A stretch of DNA of 64,000 nt from a virus (Duplodnaviria; Caudoviricetes), in IMG/VR virus record IMGVR_UViG_3300046171_000271; one strand, 5' to 3'. The notes under the pieces were generated by a model. The model was not told where the DNA came from and did no database searches. It saw nothing but the letters and a program-made list of their open reading frames with translations. A program made the translations under genes and the position numbers. Shown piece by piece: positions 45,476-54,607 of the stretch (position 1 is the first letter of the stretch; each line of letters begins with the position of its first letter).

Positions 45476-46141
45476 ATGTTTACTATCAACGGCCAAACAA
45501 TTCCATACGATCGCGCATGGACACATCCAGAAACAGGTAGTCATTACCCAGCTAATTGGTTACGTTTAGCATCACCAGAAATGAAATCAGCTGCTGGTTT
45601 AGTTGAAACAACTTCATCACCTTCTTCAGTTCATGATCAACGTTTCTACTGGAATGCAACTACTCCCAAGCAGTTAAATGATGAACCAGTCCTTGATGAA
45701 GAGGGTAATGATACTGGCGAAGTTACAACTGGGTTAAAGACACTGTATAAGAATGAGCAAAATACAACTGCTAATACATTGCTCGCTCCATCTGACTGGA
45801 GAGTTGTTAAAGCACTAGAAGTTAGTGGTAGTTATGATGCTGCTCAGTCTGCGCTTCCAGATTCATGGAAAACATATCGTGCTGCTGTTCGTACAACTTG
45901 CAACACACGTCAAACTGAAATTGATGCGTGTTCTGATGTTGATGAATTAAAAGAACTTCTTTATGGTTTAGTTACTATCACTCGTCAACAAACTGACAGT
46001 GAGGGTAACGGTATTGTAGAACCTGACACTATTACAGATGAGTCAGGTAACGAAATAGATAACCCCATTGCAGGACAACCTGTAATGGAAACTGTTGCCA
46101 ACCCAAATCTTGCTACTGCCTGGCCTGATCTTCCTGCTTGA
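45476..46141 (+). CDS. Tail-fibre assembly/chaperone-like protein
   Basis: YPANWL, LLAPSDWRVVK..WKTYRAAVR motif, follows fibre gene. Confidence 0.6.
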   Translation: MFTINGQTIPYDRAWTHPETGSHYPANWLRLASPEMKSAAGLVETTSSPSSVHDQRFYWNATTPKQLNDEPVLDEEGNDTGEVTTGLKTLYKNEQNTTANTLLAPSDWRVVKALEVSGSYDAAQSALPDSWKTYRAAVRTTCNTRQTEIDACSDVDELKELLYGLVTITRQQTDSEGNGIVEPDTITDESGNEIDNPIAGQPVMETVANPNLATAWPDLPA

Positions 46142-46236
46142 TAAAAAATAATTTATAGGACACTTTTTAAAGTGGCACACACCCGTCAGGTTTTCGCTTG
46201 ACGGGTTTTATAATATGTGCATCCACACAGAACAGG

Positions 46237-46698
46237 ATGACTGCACTCGGAACAAAAAGCAGAAATTTTAATCCCATTGGAATTTTCGAGGATTGCAAAA
46301 AAAGGCATAATGTAGTGGACAAATCTATTCAACTCGCACAATTTATTTTTACTAAAAAGGGATACACCTGTTTTGTTCCAAACAATCCAGATACAGACTG
46401 TGATTGCGATTTCATTGCATTAAAAGGTTCTGTCACCGAACTAGTTTCAGTCAAATCAACGACACAAATGACAAGAAACTCTTCTGATCCAAAACCAGAA
46501 ATAAACATTAGAACTAATAGCAAATCAAAAGATAATTGTGGAGAGGTTACAATCCCAAAAAATTATGACAAAATGATTGGCATCTCTCATCTTGGAACAT
46601 ATTGCATTTGGAGTAAAGAAGATCTCAAAGATGTTAAAAGTACAAGAGCTTTTGGTGTTAAAGAACATCAAGAATGTGGAGAAATTAAATTAGTATGA
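46237..46698 (+). CDS. Putative PD-(D/E)XK endonuclease
   Basis: AQFIFTKKGY..FVP....CDFIAL....LVSVKST pattern. Confidence 0.5.
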   Translation: MTALGTKSRNFNPIGIFEDCKKRHNVVDKSIQLAQFIFTKKGYTCFVPNNPDTDCDCDFIALKGSVTELVSVKSTTQMTRNSSDPKPEINIRTNSKSKDNCGEVTIPKNYDKMIGISHLGTYCIWSKEDLKDVKSTRAFGVKEHQECGEIKLV

Positions 46699-46779
46699 CT
46701 GTCACTGAAAAACTTGTCTTCATTGCATCATTTTTCTGGTTGATGAACTGGGGAACCCGTGTAACTTCTGCTGCGATCA

Positions 46780-47244
46780 ATGCTTTATCTTGACATCACT
46801 GGAAAAGCACCTAAAAGGCGCTGTAAGAAGATTGTAGAGTGGTTCAAGGCAAAGTATATGCCTAACCACCACTTAGACATTACAGTAGCTCACAGAGGAC
46901 TTAAGAGGGAACATGCTCAAGGGTTCTGCACTGTTATGGACTGCGATCATCGCCCCCGTGAGTTTTTGATTGAAATGGAAACTACTCTTAAGGAGCAAGA
47001 TTACATCACTGTTCTTCTACATGAACTCTGGCATGTTTATCAGCATGTTAATGGTTCACTTCGTGATAAGCGTGGTGTGAGACATTGGAAAAATGTTGAT
47101 TCTGATACTCTTGCCTATAAAGATCAACCTTGGGAGCATGAAGCAGTAGAGATGGAGAAGAAACTCTATAGTTGCTACATGGGACTAGGCCCCGAATCTT
47201 ACGGAAAGGGAACACCATTTCCAAACCGCTTGACAAATTACTAA
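46780..47244 (+). CDS. Putative zinc metallopeptidase
   Basis: LLHELWHVYQ (HExxH) and PWEHEA. Confidence 0.7.
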   Translation: MLYLDITGKAPKRRCKKIVEWFKAKYMPNHHLDITVAHRGLKREHAQGFCTVMDCDHRPREFLIEMETTLKEQDYITVLLHELWHVYQHVNGSLRDKRGVRHWKNVDSDTLAYKDQPWEHEAVEMEKKLYSCYMGLGPESYGKGTPFPNRLTNY

Positions 47245-47257
47245 ATTCTCCTATAAT
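47230..47257 (+). promoter_or_regulatory. Sigma70-type promoter
   Basis: TTGACA-N16-TATAAT. Confidence 0.6.
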
Positions 47258-47281
47258 ACCTTTGTGAAGGTTGATCAAACT

Positions 47282-47476
47282 ATGAAAAACGAGTTCATCT
47301 GTGTCAAACCAAAGTCTTCTAAGGCTAAAAACCGCTTTGCAAATGAGATGGATCTCTTACATTCTTGTAGGGTTGAGAAACGAGAGAATGGCAAGGTTTT
47401 TCTAGCATCAATCAGTGGTAAATACTTCTTTTGGATGAATGAATTATCCGATGATCATTGGGAGGTTATCACATGA
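47282..47476 (+). CDS. Hypothetical protein (paralog of 59436-59615)
   Basis: VKPKSSKAKNRFAN..C....VFLAS..GK..FW. Confidence 0.65.
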   Translation: MKNEFICVKPKSSKAKNRFANEMDLLHSCRVEKRENGKVFLASISGKYFFWMNELSDDHWEVIT

Positions 47477-47646
47477 TAGAATTTTTTCTTAGTTCATCAT
47501 TATCATGTGGTGATGCTAGGATTTTAATTAATAAACTAGAAAAGCGTCGTACTGACATGGGTGATCATGTTGTCAACGAGCTCATCTATGAAGTAAAAAA
47601 CCATGTACCGGAGTGTTTTAATGAAAGATCAGTACAGCATCGATGA
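47473..47646 (+). CDS. Small protein resembling the riboswitch-nested 4461-4622 protein
   Basis: MIEFFLSSSLSCGDA...EVKNHVPEC. Confidence 0.6.
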   Translation: MIEFFLSSSLSCGDARILINKLEKRRTDMGDHVVNELIYEVKNHVPECFNERSVQHR

Positions 47647-47818
47647 CGGAGAATCAAAACAAGAAAAATGGAACAGAGGATTAGATTTATTCATTGAATC
47701 TGTGTTAAAACCAGATCCTGCATTACGTCAATGTGCTCACAATCAACGTTGTTATCATGAACTAATGGATGTCAGGAATGACATTCTCGAACATCTTAAA
47801 TCAAAACGCTGGAACTAA
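47621..47818 (+). CDS. Conserved cyanophage hypothetical protein
   Basis: KWNRGLDLFIESVLKPD..LRQCAHNQRCYHELM. Confidence 0.65.
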   Translation: MKDQYSIDDGESKQEKWNRGLDLFIESVLKPDPALRQCAHNQRCYHELMDVRNDILEHLKSKRWN

Positions 47819-48030
47819 TGACTGCACTAATTGAACCATCAGATTCTCAGTATTTTACTGAATCGTCTGATAAATTATATGATCGACACACCTACAAAAT
47901 TGTTAGTAAGTCAGGTGAATCAACGATAGTTGATAATTGGATGCAAGTCAGAGAAATCTGGTGGAACAGTAAAAAGTTTTTATCTCATGTTGAAGTTCTT
48001 GATGTAAAAAAATTAAAGGGATTCAAATGA
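47818..48030 (+). CDS. Hypothetical protein
   Basis: 70-aa ORF, TAATG coupling. Confidence 0.6.
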   Translation: MTALIEPSDSQYFTESSDKLYDRHTYKIVSKSGESTIVDNWMQVREIWWNSKKFLSHVEVLDVKKLKGFK

Positions 48031-48179
48031 AAACCACATTAACAGTTAGCAATGATGGTATTCTAACATTTCCAGATGAAGTGCTTGAAGAATTTGGATG
48101 GAAAGAGGGAGATGTGTTAGAATGGATTGATAACAAAGATGGTTCATTTTCTCTCGTTAAATCTGACGATCATGGTTAA
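48027..48179 (+). CDS. AbrB/SpoVT-like small protein
   Basis: ILTFPDEVLEEFGWKEGDVLEW pattern (my translation). Confidence 0.55.
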   Translation: MKTTLTVSNDGILTFPDEVLEEFGWKEGDVLEWIDNKDGSFSLVKSDDHG

Positions 48180-48315
48180 ACATACAAATGAAAAAATACC
48201 TCTAGTTCTATCATTTTTAGCATGTTTGTTGTTTGCTGTTAGTATTATTATTGCCGGATACTTTCATAGCAATATGCATCTTTTTACATTACTAAAAAAC
48301 ACTTCTAATTCTTAG
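48172..48315 (+). CDS. Small membrane protein
   Basis: Single hydrophobic helix IPLVLSFLACLLFAVSIIIAG. Confidence 0.5.
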   Translation: MVKHTNEKIPLVLSFLACLLFAVSIIIAGYFHSNMHLFTLLKNTSNS

Positions 48316-48316
48316 T

Positions 48317-48790
48317 ATGAGTTTTGTTCAATATAAAAAACATCGAGTCTTTCGTGAAACAGAAGATGTAACTTTCTATGATATTTCAGTAGAAGATTCT
48401 AATGCGTCTGACTTAGTTGTTCATAATGGCCCAGCAATATCGCCACCTGATGACATTGTAGGTGCAAAACAGTTCTATATTCACTATCATCAAATCGATC
48501 ATAATCGTGTTCTTTCTGGAACAAGGATATTTGAGTTAGTTAATCTTGATTGGAAATTTCCATATCATATTGTTCATTTAAATCGTCAAAGTGGAGCATT
48601 GATTATTCCTACTAAAACATATCATAGAAGTATTTCAGGAGAGGACGGATCAATCGTTATCAATCAAGCAATTCGAGATGATGATTTTGATTCTGAAAAG
48701 GAGTTCATTCCAGTATCCTCTGGACAAAATAAAGAACTTTATAATATACTGGTTAATGAAAAGCCTGTAATTCATAATATAGGTGAGTGA
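48317..48790 (+). CDS. Cupin-like (RmlC fold) conserved cyanophage protein
   Basis: FYIHYHQIDHN, ALIIPTKTYHRS His pattern. Confidence 0.6.
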   Translation: MSFVQYKKHRVFRETEDVTFYDISVEDSNASDLVVHNGPAISPPDDIVGAKQFYIHYHQIDHNRVLSGTRIFELVNLDWKFPYHIVHLNRQSGALIIPTKTYHRSISGEDGSIVINQAIRDDDFDSEKEFIPVSSGQNKELYNILVNEKPVIHNIGE

Positions 48791-48939
48791 CAAAGAAAAA
48801 ATGAACTTTACCTCAGAAGAATTGAAGTATCTGCATCATGTTCTATCTACTACCAGTTCTTATACTATTGCTAGAGGTGAGCAAATCGATCATCCAACAG
48901 TAAAGCATCAAAAATTACAACAAAAAATTCAAGAACAAC

Positions 48940-49218
48940 TTGACAAAATCCACTGGAAATAAATTTGGTTTCAATATGCTATTGGCAACTACAAAAATGA
49001 AACGTCCTAGTTTACTTGATTCAACAGGTTCAGTTCAATTTCCTTTTGAAACATTTCCCTGGAGACTTGAACTAAAAGACGTAGTGTGTCACTTTGAGTG
49101 TAAAGAACACATGATAAAGTATCTGAACAGATACGAATTTAAACCAAAAGATGTGAAAATTTCTAATCGTTATGGCGAAAAGTATCAGTACAGAGGTAAA
49201 AAAAAGAAATCTACATAG
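48940..49218 (+). CDS. Hypothetical protein
   Basis: 92-aa ORF; start uncertain. Confidence 0.5.
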   Translation: MTKSTGNKFGFNMLLATTKMKRPSLLDSTGSVQFPFETFPWRLELKDVVCHFECKEHMIKYLNRYEFKPKDVKISNRYGEKYQYRGKKKKST

Positions 49219-49237
49219 TGGTAGATGCGAAACAGGT

Positions 49238-49717
49238 ATGAGTGATGAATTGCCTATTAAACCGCACACACAAATCTTAGTTCTCAACAATAGTTACGAA
49301 CCAATTAATGTTACAAATTGGAAACGTGCTATTGTTCTTCTTCTTAAGGAAAAAGCACAAGCATTATCAAAACGAGTCATCAGATTAGTTAATTATATTC
49401 GTATCCCTTTTGCAAAAATCATCGCTCATACACCATCAAGAGCGATGATTTACAAGAGGGACAATAATAAGTGTCAGTATTGTGGGGCTACAAGATCACT
49501 TACTATTGATCATGTTATCCCCAGAAGTCGTGGAGGTGGGGACACTTGGGATAATTTAGTTATTGCATGTTCATCATGTAATGTCAAGAAAGGAGATAAA
49601 TTTCTTGAACAAACTAACATGAAACTTGCAAGAAAACCTTTTACCCCCTATAATAAGGTACAATTTTCATTATCTGGTACTCAAGTGCCTGAATGGCAGG
49701 AGTTTTTATTTGTATGA
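49238..49717 (+). CDS. HNH endonuclease (McrA-like family)
   Basis: LVLNNSYEP, RDNNKCQYCG, TIDHVIPRSRGG..TWDNLV.AC..CN..KG. Confidence 0.9.
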   Translation: MSDELPIKPHTQILVLNNSYEPINVTNWKRAIVLLLKEKAQALSKRVIRLVNYIRIPFAKIIAHTPSRAMIYKRDNNKCQYCGATRSLTIDHVIPRSRGGGDTWDNLVIACSSCNVKKGDKFLEQTNMKLARKPFTPYNKVQFSLSGTQVPEWQEFLFV

Positions 49718-49914
49718 AAGAAAAAGTTAGAGCACAAGTAAAGAGTCGCTGGTATTATATTTTCTGGGGACTTGCAACAATTTTTGTAGTATGGGGGCAG
49801 ATTTATGTTGGAACTGGTTACCGTATTGTGGCAAATAAAATGATTGAACTATTAAATAAGGTAGACGGTGTTTTATTGTATAAAAGTGAAGAATCGCTTA
49901 AAGATTACTTTTAA
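49714..49914 (+). CDS. Small membrane protein
   Basis: RWYYIFWGLATIFVVWGQIYVG. Confidence 0.6.
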   Translation: MKEKVRAQVKSRWYYIFWGLATIFVVWGQIYVGTGYRIVANKMIELLNKVDGVLLYKSEESLKDYF

Positions 49915-49985
49915 TGTAAAGAAATATAAATTAAGTTAGTATATCACCATAATAGTGATATAATACTGTTAATTAAGAAACTCTC

Positions 49986-50249
49986 ATGACTCTTCCAAAG
50001 GATAAAAAACCAAAAAAAGAGGAAATTGATAGCATGAAAATTGCAGTAAAAGAGGTTGATATCAGAGCAATTCATCCAGATAAAATGGAAGATTTCGCTG
50101 CACATATGGTAGAACAATTAAAAGAAGAAACACAAAGTTTTTATGATAAACTATGGGAACTTTTGGAAACTGAACTTGGTGATACTGTTTTCTGTGATCA
50201 GATGGCAGATAGAATCTATGATTTGGTAAAGGAACACTACAATGACTGA
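49986..50249 (+). CDS. Hypothetical protein
   Basis: 87-aa ORF. Confidence 0.55.
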   Translation: MTLPKDKKPKKEEIDSMKIAVKEVDIRAIHPDKMEDFAAHMVEQLKEETQSFYDKLWELLETELGDTVFCDQMADRIYDLVKEHYND

Positions 50250-50276
50250 AAAAGAAGGACAACTAAAAGAATCTCA

Positions 50277-51128
50277 ATGAATCAAATTTTGTTATCTGAT
50301 TGTGTGTCGGGGATGAAGACACTTGGTAGTGAATCTATTGACTTATGCGTCACATCCCCTCCTTATGATGATCTTCGTTCATATAATGATAGTTCATCAT
50401 GGAACTTTGATACATTTAAGAATGTCGCCACTGAACTTTATCGTGTGATGAAGATTGGCGGTGTTGTTGTATGGGTGATTGGAGATGCTACAGTCAAAGG
50501 TAGTGAAACTGGTTCTAGTTTCCGTCAGGTTCTACACTTTATGGATCTTGGGTTTCTATTACATGACACCATGATCTATGAGAAAAATGGTAGTCCTTTT
50601 CCAGCAAAGAGGACAGGTAACAGATATTCACAAATCTTTGAGTATATGTTTGTCTTCTCAAAGAAAACTAAACCAAAGACTGCACATTTGCTGTGTGATA
50701 AACCAAATCGATGGGCAGGATATACACACTTTGGCAAGGGAACTATCAGGACTAAAGATGGACAACTAAAAGATAGGCAAATTAAACCCATCCCGGAATT
50801 TAGTCCAAGAAATAACATCTGGAAATATAATACAGGCAAAGGATACTCAACTAAAGATGATGTTGCCTTTGAACATCCCGCAATCTTTCCCGAAAAGTTA
50901 GCTAAAGATCATATTCTTACATGGAGTGATGAGGGAGATATAGTTTTAGATCCTTTTATGGGTTCAGGAACTACTGCTGTTTGTTGTTTAGAAACGAAGA
51001 GAAAGTTTATAGGATTTGAGATTGATAAAACTTATCATGACATCTGCACTAGGAGATTAGAACAGCATGTGACAGTTGAAGAAGCGTCACTACCGGAGTC
51101 GAACCCTCTGGAGGATGCTCTATATTGA
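50277..51128 (+). CDS. Beta-class amino-methyltransferase (N4-cytosine/N6-adenine DNA MTase)
   Basis: Motif IV TSPPY near N-terminus, HPAIFP, motif I VLDPFMGSGTT, FIGFEI. Confidence 0.92.
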   Translation: MNQILLSDCVSGMKTLGSESIDLCVTSPPYDDLRSYNDSSSWNFDTFKNVATELYRVMKIGGVVVWVIGDATVKGSETGSSFRQVLHFMDLGFLLHDTMIYEKNGSPFPAKRTGNRYSQIFEYMFVFSKKTKPKTAHLLCDKPNRWAGYTHFGKGTIRTKDGQLKDRQIKPIPEFSPRNNIWKYNTGKGYSTKDDVAFEHPAIFPEKLAKDHILTWSDEGDIVLDPFMGSGTTAVCCLETKRKFIGFEIDKTYHDICTRRLEQHVTVEEASLPESNPLEDALY

Positions 51129-51149
51129 TTGTGTTAAAGCAATTTACAC

Positions 51150-51803
51150 ATGACTGCAACAACAATCCGCGACTACTTCAGCGATTCTAATATCGTTGCT
51201 GAAATTGTCCGCGAACTCAACACGGAGATCGGGTTCTGTCCCATTCTTCGCAATCTCAAACGAGAGAAGGATTATGGCGTCATTGATAACGACAGCATCA
51301 CATTCCGTGAACTAGGGGCCGAAGATCGGAATGAGGTGTTTGTCTATCTGGGACGTATCCTTGAGTCTGTTCTTACCTGCCAACTGGCAAAGTGCGATTC
51401 TTTCGATGTAAAGAAGGATCGCAGTTCTTCTGGTGATGTTACCATCAACGGACGCATCTGGGAGATCAAAGGAACATCTGGTAAGAACTCTTGGACTGGT
51501 TCTACACATGCCACCAAGAAAGAAGACGACAAGATGGACTTCATCGGTATCAAGTATGGACTGAATGAAGACATCAACGTCTTTGATATCTTTACTGGTG
51601 ACTCTAAACTGATTGAAGAAATCTTCATCGGTGTATTCGATCAGATCGAATTGATCCGCCGGGGTAGTGCTACTCAGTCCAATTCTCGCACTTCTCTTCT
51701 CATCGGTATTGATGAGTATGAGACAGTTAAGGAGCAAATTGCATGGGGTTGGCTCAAGAAACCACAACGCAATGGTAAGTATCTTCAACTATGTGCCGCC
51801 TGA
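51150..51803 (+). CDS. Putative PD-(D/E)XK (restriction-like) endonuclease
   Basis: RILESVL helix, then GDVTINGRIWEIK; directly downstream of MTase. Confidence 0.5.
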   Translation: MTATTIRDYFSDSNIVAEIVRELNTEIGFCPILRNLKREKDYGVIDNDSITFRELGAEDRNEVFVYLGRILESVLTCQLAKCDSFDVKKDRSSSGDVTINGRIWEIKGTSGKNSWTGSTHATKKEDDKMDFIGIKYGLNEDINVFDIFTGDSKLIEEIFIGVFDQIELIRRGSATQSNSRTSLLIGIDEYETVKEQIAWGWLKKPQRNGKYLQLCAA

Positions 51804-51861
51804 GGTAGTGGCACACGGGGGGTTTCGCACCTCCCTTTTTCATGTATTATTAAAGAGTCAA
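51792..51861 (+). promoter_or_regulatory. Palindrome + -10 early promoter unit (representative copy)
   Basis: TGTGCC-N12-GGCACA, 29 nt, TATTAT, AAAGAGTCAAAGG. Confidence 0.7.
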
Positions 51862-51872
51862 AGGAACACACC

Positions 51873-52307
51873 ATGGCAACCCGCTCACGCATCGGCATCG
51901 AACTCAAAGATGGTTCTATTCTGTCTGCCTATCATCACTGGGATGGTTATCCGCAGTGGTTGGGACGTATTCTGAACACACATTACACCTCCCGTGAACA
52001 GGCAGCAGATCTGATTGACGGTGGCGATATGTCATCTTGCTGGAGTAATGAGTGCTGGACTGGTAAAGAAATTGCTCCTTATGTGAGAGAGATTAAAGAA
52101 ACCGCAGAATATGGTCCCCAGTATTATTCTCAACGTGGTGAGAATTGCCCTCCTCGTTATGATCAAACCCGTGAAGAGTTTCTGTCTAATGGCGAAGAGT
52201 ATTCTTATATTTTTACGAGTGCAGGATGGATATGCTATAATATGAATGAGTTCAATGACAATGATCCCGAAATCGTTGAAATTCCCTCTGGAGCACTTGC
52301 AGTATGA
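51873..52307 (+). CDS. Conserved phage hypothetical protein
   Basis: MATRSRIG..YHHWDGYP..LG..L. Confidence 0.7.
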   Translation: MATRSRIGIELKDGSILSAYHHWDGYPQWLGRILNTHYTSREQAADLIDGGDMSSCWSNECWTGKEIAPYVREIKETAEYGPQYYSQRGENCPPRYDQTREEFLSNGEEYSYIFTSAGWICYNMNEFNDNDPEIVEIPSGALAV

Positions 52308-52486
52308 ACGGAGCACCATTGATTGTGGATTTGGAAGAACTGGAGGTGCTGCAAACCGCCCTCCAGAAGTTACCTAAATCTGATAGCAAAAGTCCAAAAG
52401 TCTCTTTGCTTTATAATAAAATTGTTTCTGTTAAAGAAGCGATTGAACTTCAAGAACTCTACCTTACAGATCCGCGCAATGACTGA
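52304..52486 (+). CDS. Hypothetical protein
   Basis: 60-aa ORF with ATGA overlap. Confidence 0.5.
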   Translation: MNGAPLIVDLEELEVLQTALQKLPKSDSKSPKVSLLYNKIVSVKEAIELQELYLTDPRND

Positions 52487-52764
52487 CACCGAAAAGCAGT
52501 ATTGGCAAGAAATAGCCATCGATTTCTGGAAAGAAATTGAAAAAGAAGCAGAAGAACTTGAGGTAACTGTTGATTATTACATCGAGGAGTTTTTTACATC
52601 ATGACTGAAGAACAAAAGTTTAAAGTTATCATCGAGGAAACTAATGGTTGGTTTCTCTATGATAAAAATGCACAAAATCTGACTCGCGCTGATGGTATTA
52701 AGTGGGTTGATGATGCCATGAGAGATGGTATCTCACCCGATAGATTGCGCGTTGTTCGACAGGA

Positions 52765-53196
52765 GTGGGGACAATGAACGGAAATCTTGAACCTGAAGAA
52801 TCTGTAATGAATGACAAAGTTATTGCTTCTCGTAAGTCAGCGTCTGTAATGAAAACTGTATCAGGAAAATTGTCTGATATTATTGCTGCTCTGGGGTGGG
52901 ATTGCTATGATGATGTTGTAGTTGAAATTGGTGGTACTCAGGTTTCTGGTATTCATCAACCCGAAAATTACAATAAAAAATGGGCAGCACCTTATGGTGC
53001 TCGCAAGTACAATAAAGATGCGTTCATTGTTATCAAGAATCGCACACGTTCTCCATTTGAGCCATCAAAACCAAACCCTGATCTTGTAGCACATCATCTT
53101 AAACCAGAAGTTGTTGAAGAGAAAAGTGAAAAAGAAATCGCTGCTGAAATGAAGAAAGCAGATGATGAAAAGGGATATGACACTTACAGTAAATGA
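52765..53196 (+). CDS. Hypothetical protein
   Basis: 143-aa ORF. Confidence 0.6.
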   Translation: MGTMNGNLEPEESVMNDKVIASRKSASVMKTVSGKLSDIIAALGWDCYDDVVVEIGGTQVSGIHQPENYNKKWAAPYGARKYNKDAFIVIKNRTRSPFEPSKPNPDLVAHHLKPEVVEEKSEKEIAAEMKKADDEKGYDTYSK

Positions 53197-53205
53197 GGGA
53201 GAAAA

Positions 53206-53457
53206 TTGATGAAACCTGACATGATTGTGACATGGAAAGATCATCTTAAAAAAGGATGGATCTGGAAAGCAAATGTTGAACTTGCAATGGAAGATGTTGG
53301 AGAATCCAGTTTTTATTCTGTCGATGTTTATGTTGTAGCACCAAATCAAAGTCTTGCTCAATACATTGTGACTACGATGTATCCAGAGTTTGAGAGTTTG
53401 TGTATTGATGATGAACCTATGACATCAGAGACTTATGGTAAAGTCACTACACAATGA
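53206..53457 (+). CDS. Hypothetical protein
   Basis: 83-aa ORF. Confidence 0.55.
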   Translation: MMKPDMIVTWKDHLKKGWIWKANVELAMEDVGESSFYSVDVYVVAPNQSLAQYIVTTMYPEFESLCIDDEPMTSETYGKVTTQ

Positions 53458-53744
53458 TTGAACTTCCGCCTGATTTTATTCATGAACCACCAAAAGGATA
53501 CCACTACGAAGTTGAACAATTTCGACACAATCTTCATCGCATTTGCATTGTCAATGATGGTGAGTTCTCCTATACTGATGTGGCACCTAAGTCCGTCTGG
53601 GGATTCTACAATTCAAAAAAGAGAGTCTATTTCGCGCCTATTAACTTCTCCAAGTGCGGAAATCAGGTAGACATTACTAAAACTCGCCCCTATACTGCAA
53701 TGCAGTTGAACTTAAATCCACTTGAATATGTCTTATATTCCTAA
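53454..53744 (+). CDS. Conserved cyanophage hypothetical protein
   Basis: PPKGYHYEV, VWGFY, TRPYTAMQL. Confidence 0.65.
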   Translation: MIELPPDFIHEPPKGYHYEVEQFRHNLHRICIVNDGEFSYTDVAPKSVWGFYNSKKRVYFAPINFSKCGNQVDITKTRPYTAMQLNLNPLEYVLYS

Positions 53745-53952
53745 GGTTAATGACTATGTAAAATGGAGAAACCACGAAGGTTGGGTGTATTTCAAGTGCA
53801 ATGAAACAATCAGCATTGAAATAGCTGTTAAGGACAAGTATTCCCGAGCAGGTGGAACACATCATAAAAAAGATCATGTCCTGTTAGTGTGTCAACGCTT
53901 TCAATGGGGTGAATTAGAGTACATTAAATCCAGAAAAAGTATCCATGATTAA
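53722..53952 (+). CDS. Hypothetical protein
   Basis: 76-aa ORF. Confidence 0.55.
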   Translation: MNMSYIPKVNDYVKWRNHEGWVYFKCNETISIEIAVKDKYSRAGGTHHKKDHVLLVCQRFQWGELEYIKSRKSIHD

Positions 53953-54151
53953 GTATCAAGTTTCATACAAAAAAGCGAAGAAGAAAGGTTATGCTTGTCA
54001 TAAAGCAGTTTTCTATAAGATTGAAGATGCAATGTTCTGGGAAGAACATGTAAAGAATAACCTTGAGGGCAGGGACGTTCAACTAACTGTCCACTGATCC
54101 AACTACTGCCACCTAATCCCTGTATATTAAAAAAGTCAAACAAACGACATC

Positions 54152-54298
54152 ATGAACAACGATTTCACCGACACCCCTCAAATTGAAGAAGTTCTTTACA
54201 TGAACGATGAATCTATCGATCAATTCCTTGATGAGCAAGGTGACATCATTGGTATGAATGTTGAATGTGATGAGTTTGATACAAATATGACTGTGTAA
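54152..54298 (+). CDS. Small acidic protein
   Basis: 48 aa, downstream of palindrome promoter copy (my translation). Confidence 0.5.
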   Translation: MNNDFTDTPQIEEVLYMNDESIDQFLDEQGDIIGMNVECDEFDTNMTV

Positions 54299-54607
54299 TT
54301 ATCAACTCACATAGATACCTTTGTATCGGTTGTTGAGGAAACTTTAACAACTTCTAAAGAACATTAAAGGCATCCTAAATAAGGGTGCCTTATTTCTTTT
54401 TATGACACCTCACAAATACGATCACATACTAATCCATAGAAATCCATACAATAACAAACCAATCACAATCGAATACAGAGATCCTAAATTCATACAAACA
54501 CGAATCTATTTTCAGTGTGAGAGTGATTATTTCAGGAGTAAAAAGACAAAAGTATAACTGTCACAGTGGGGGTTGCTAAACCCCTTTTTTAATGCAATAA
54601 TATATTC

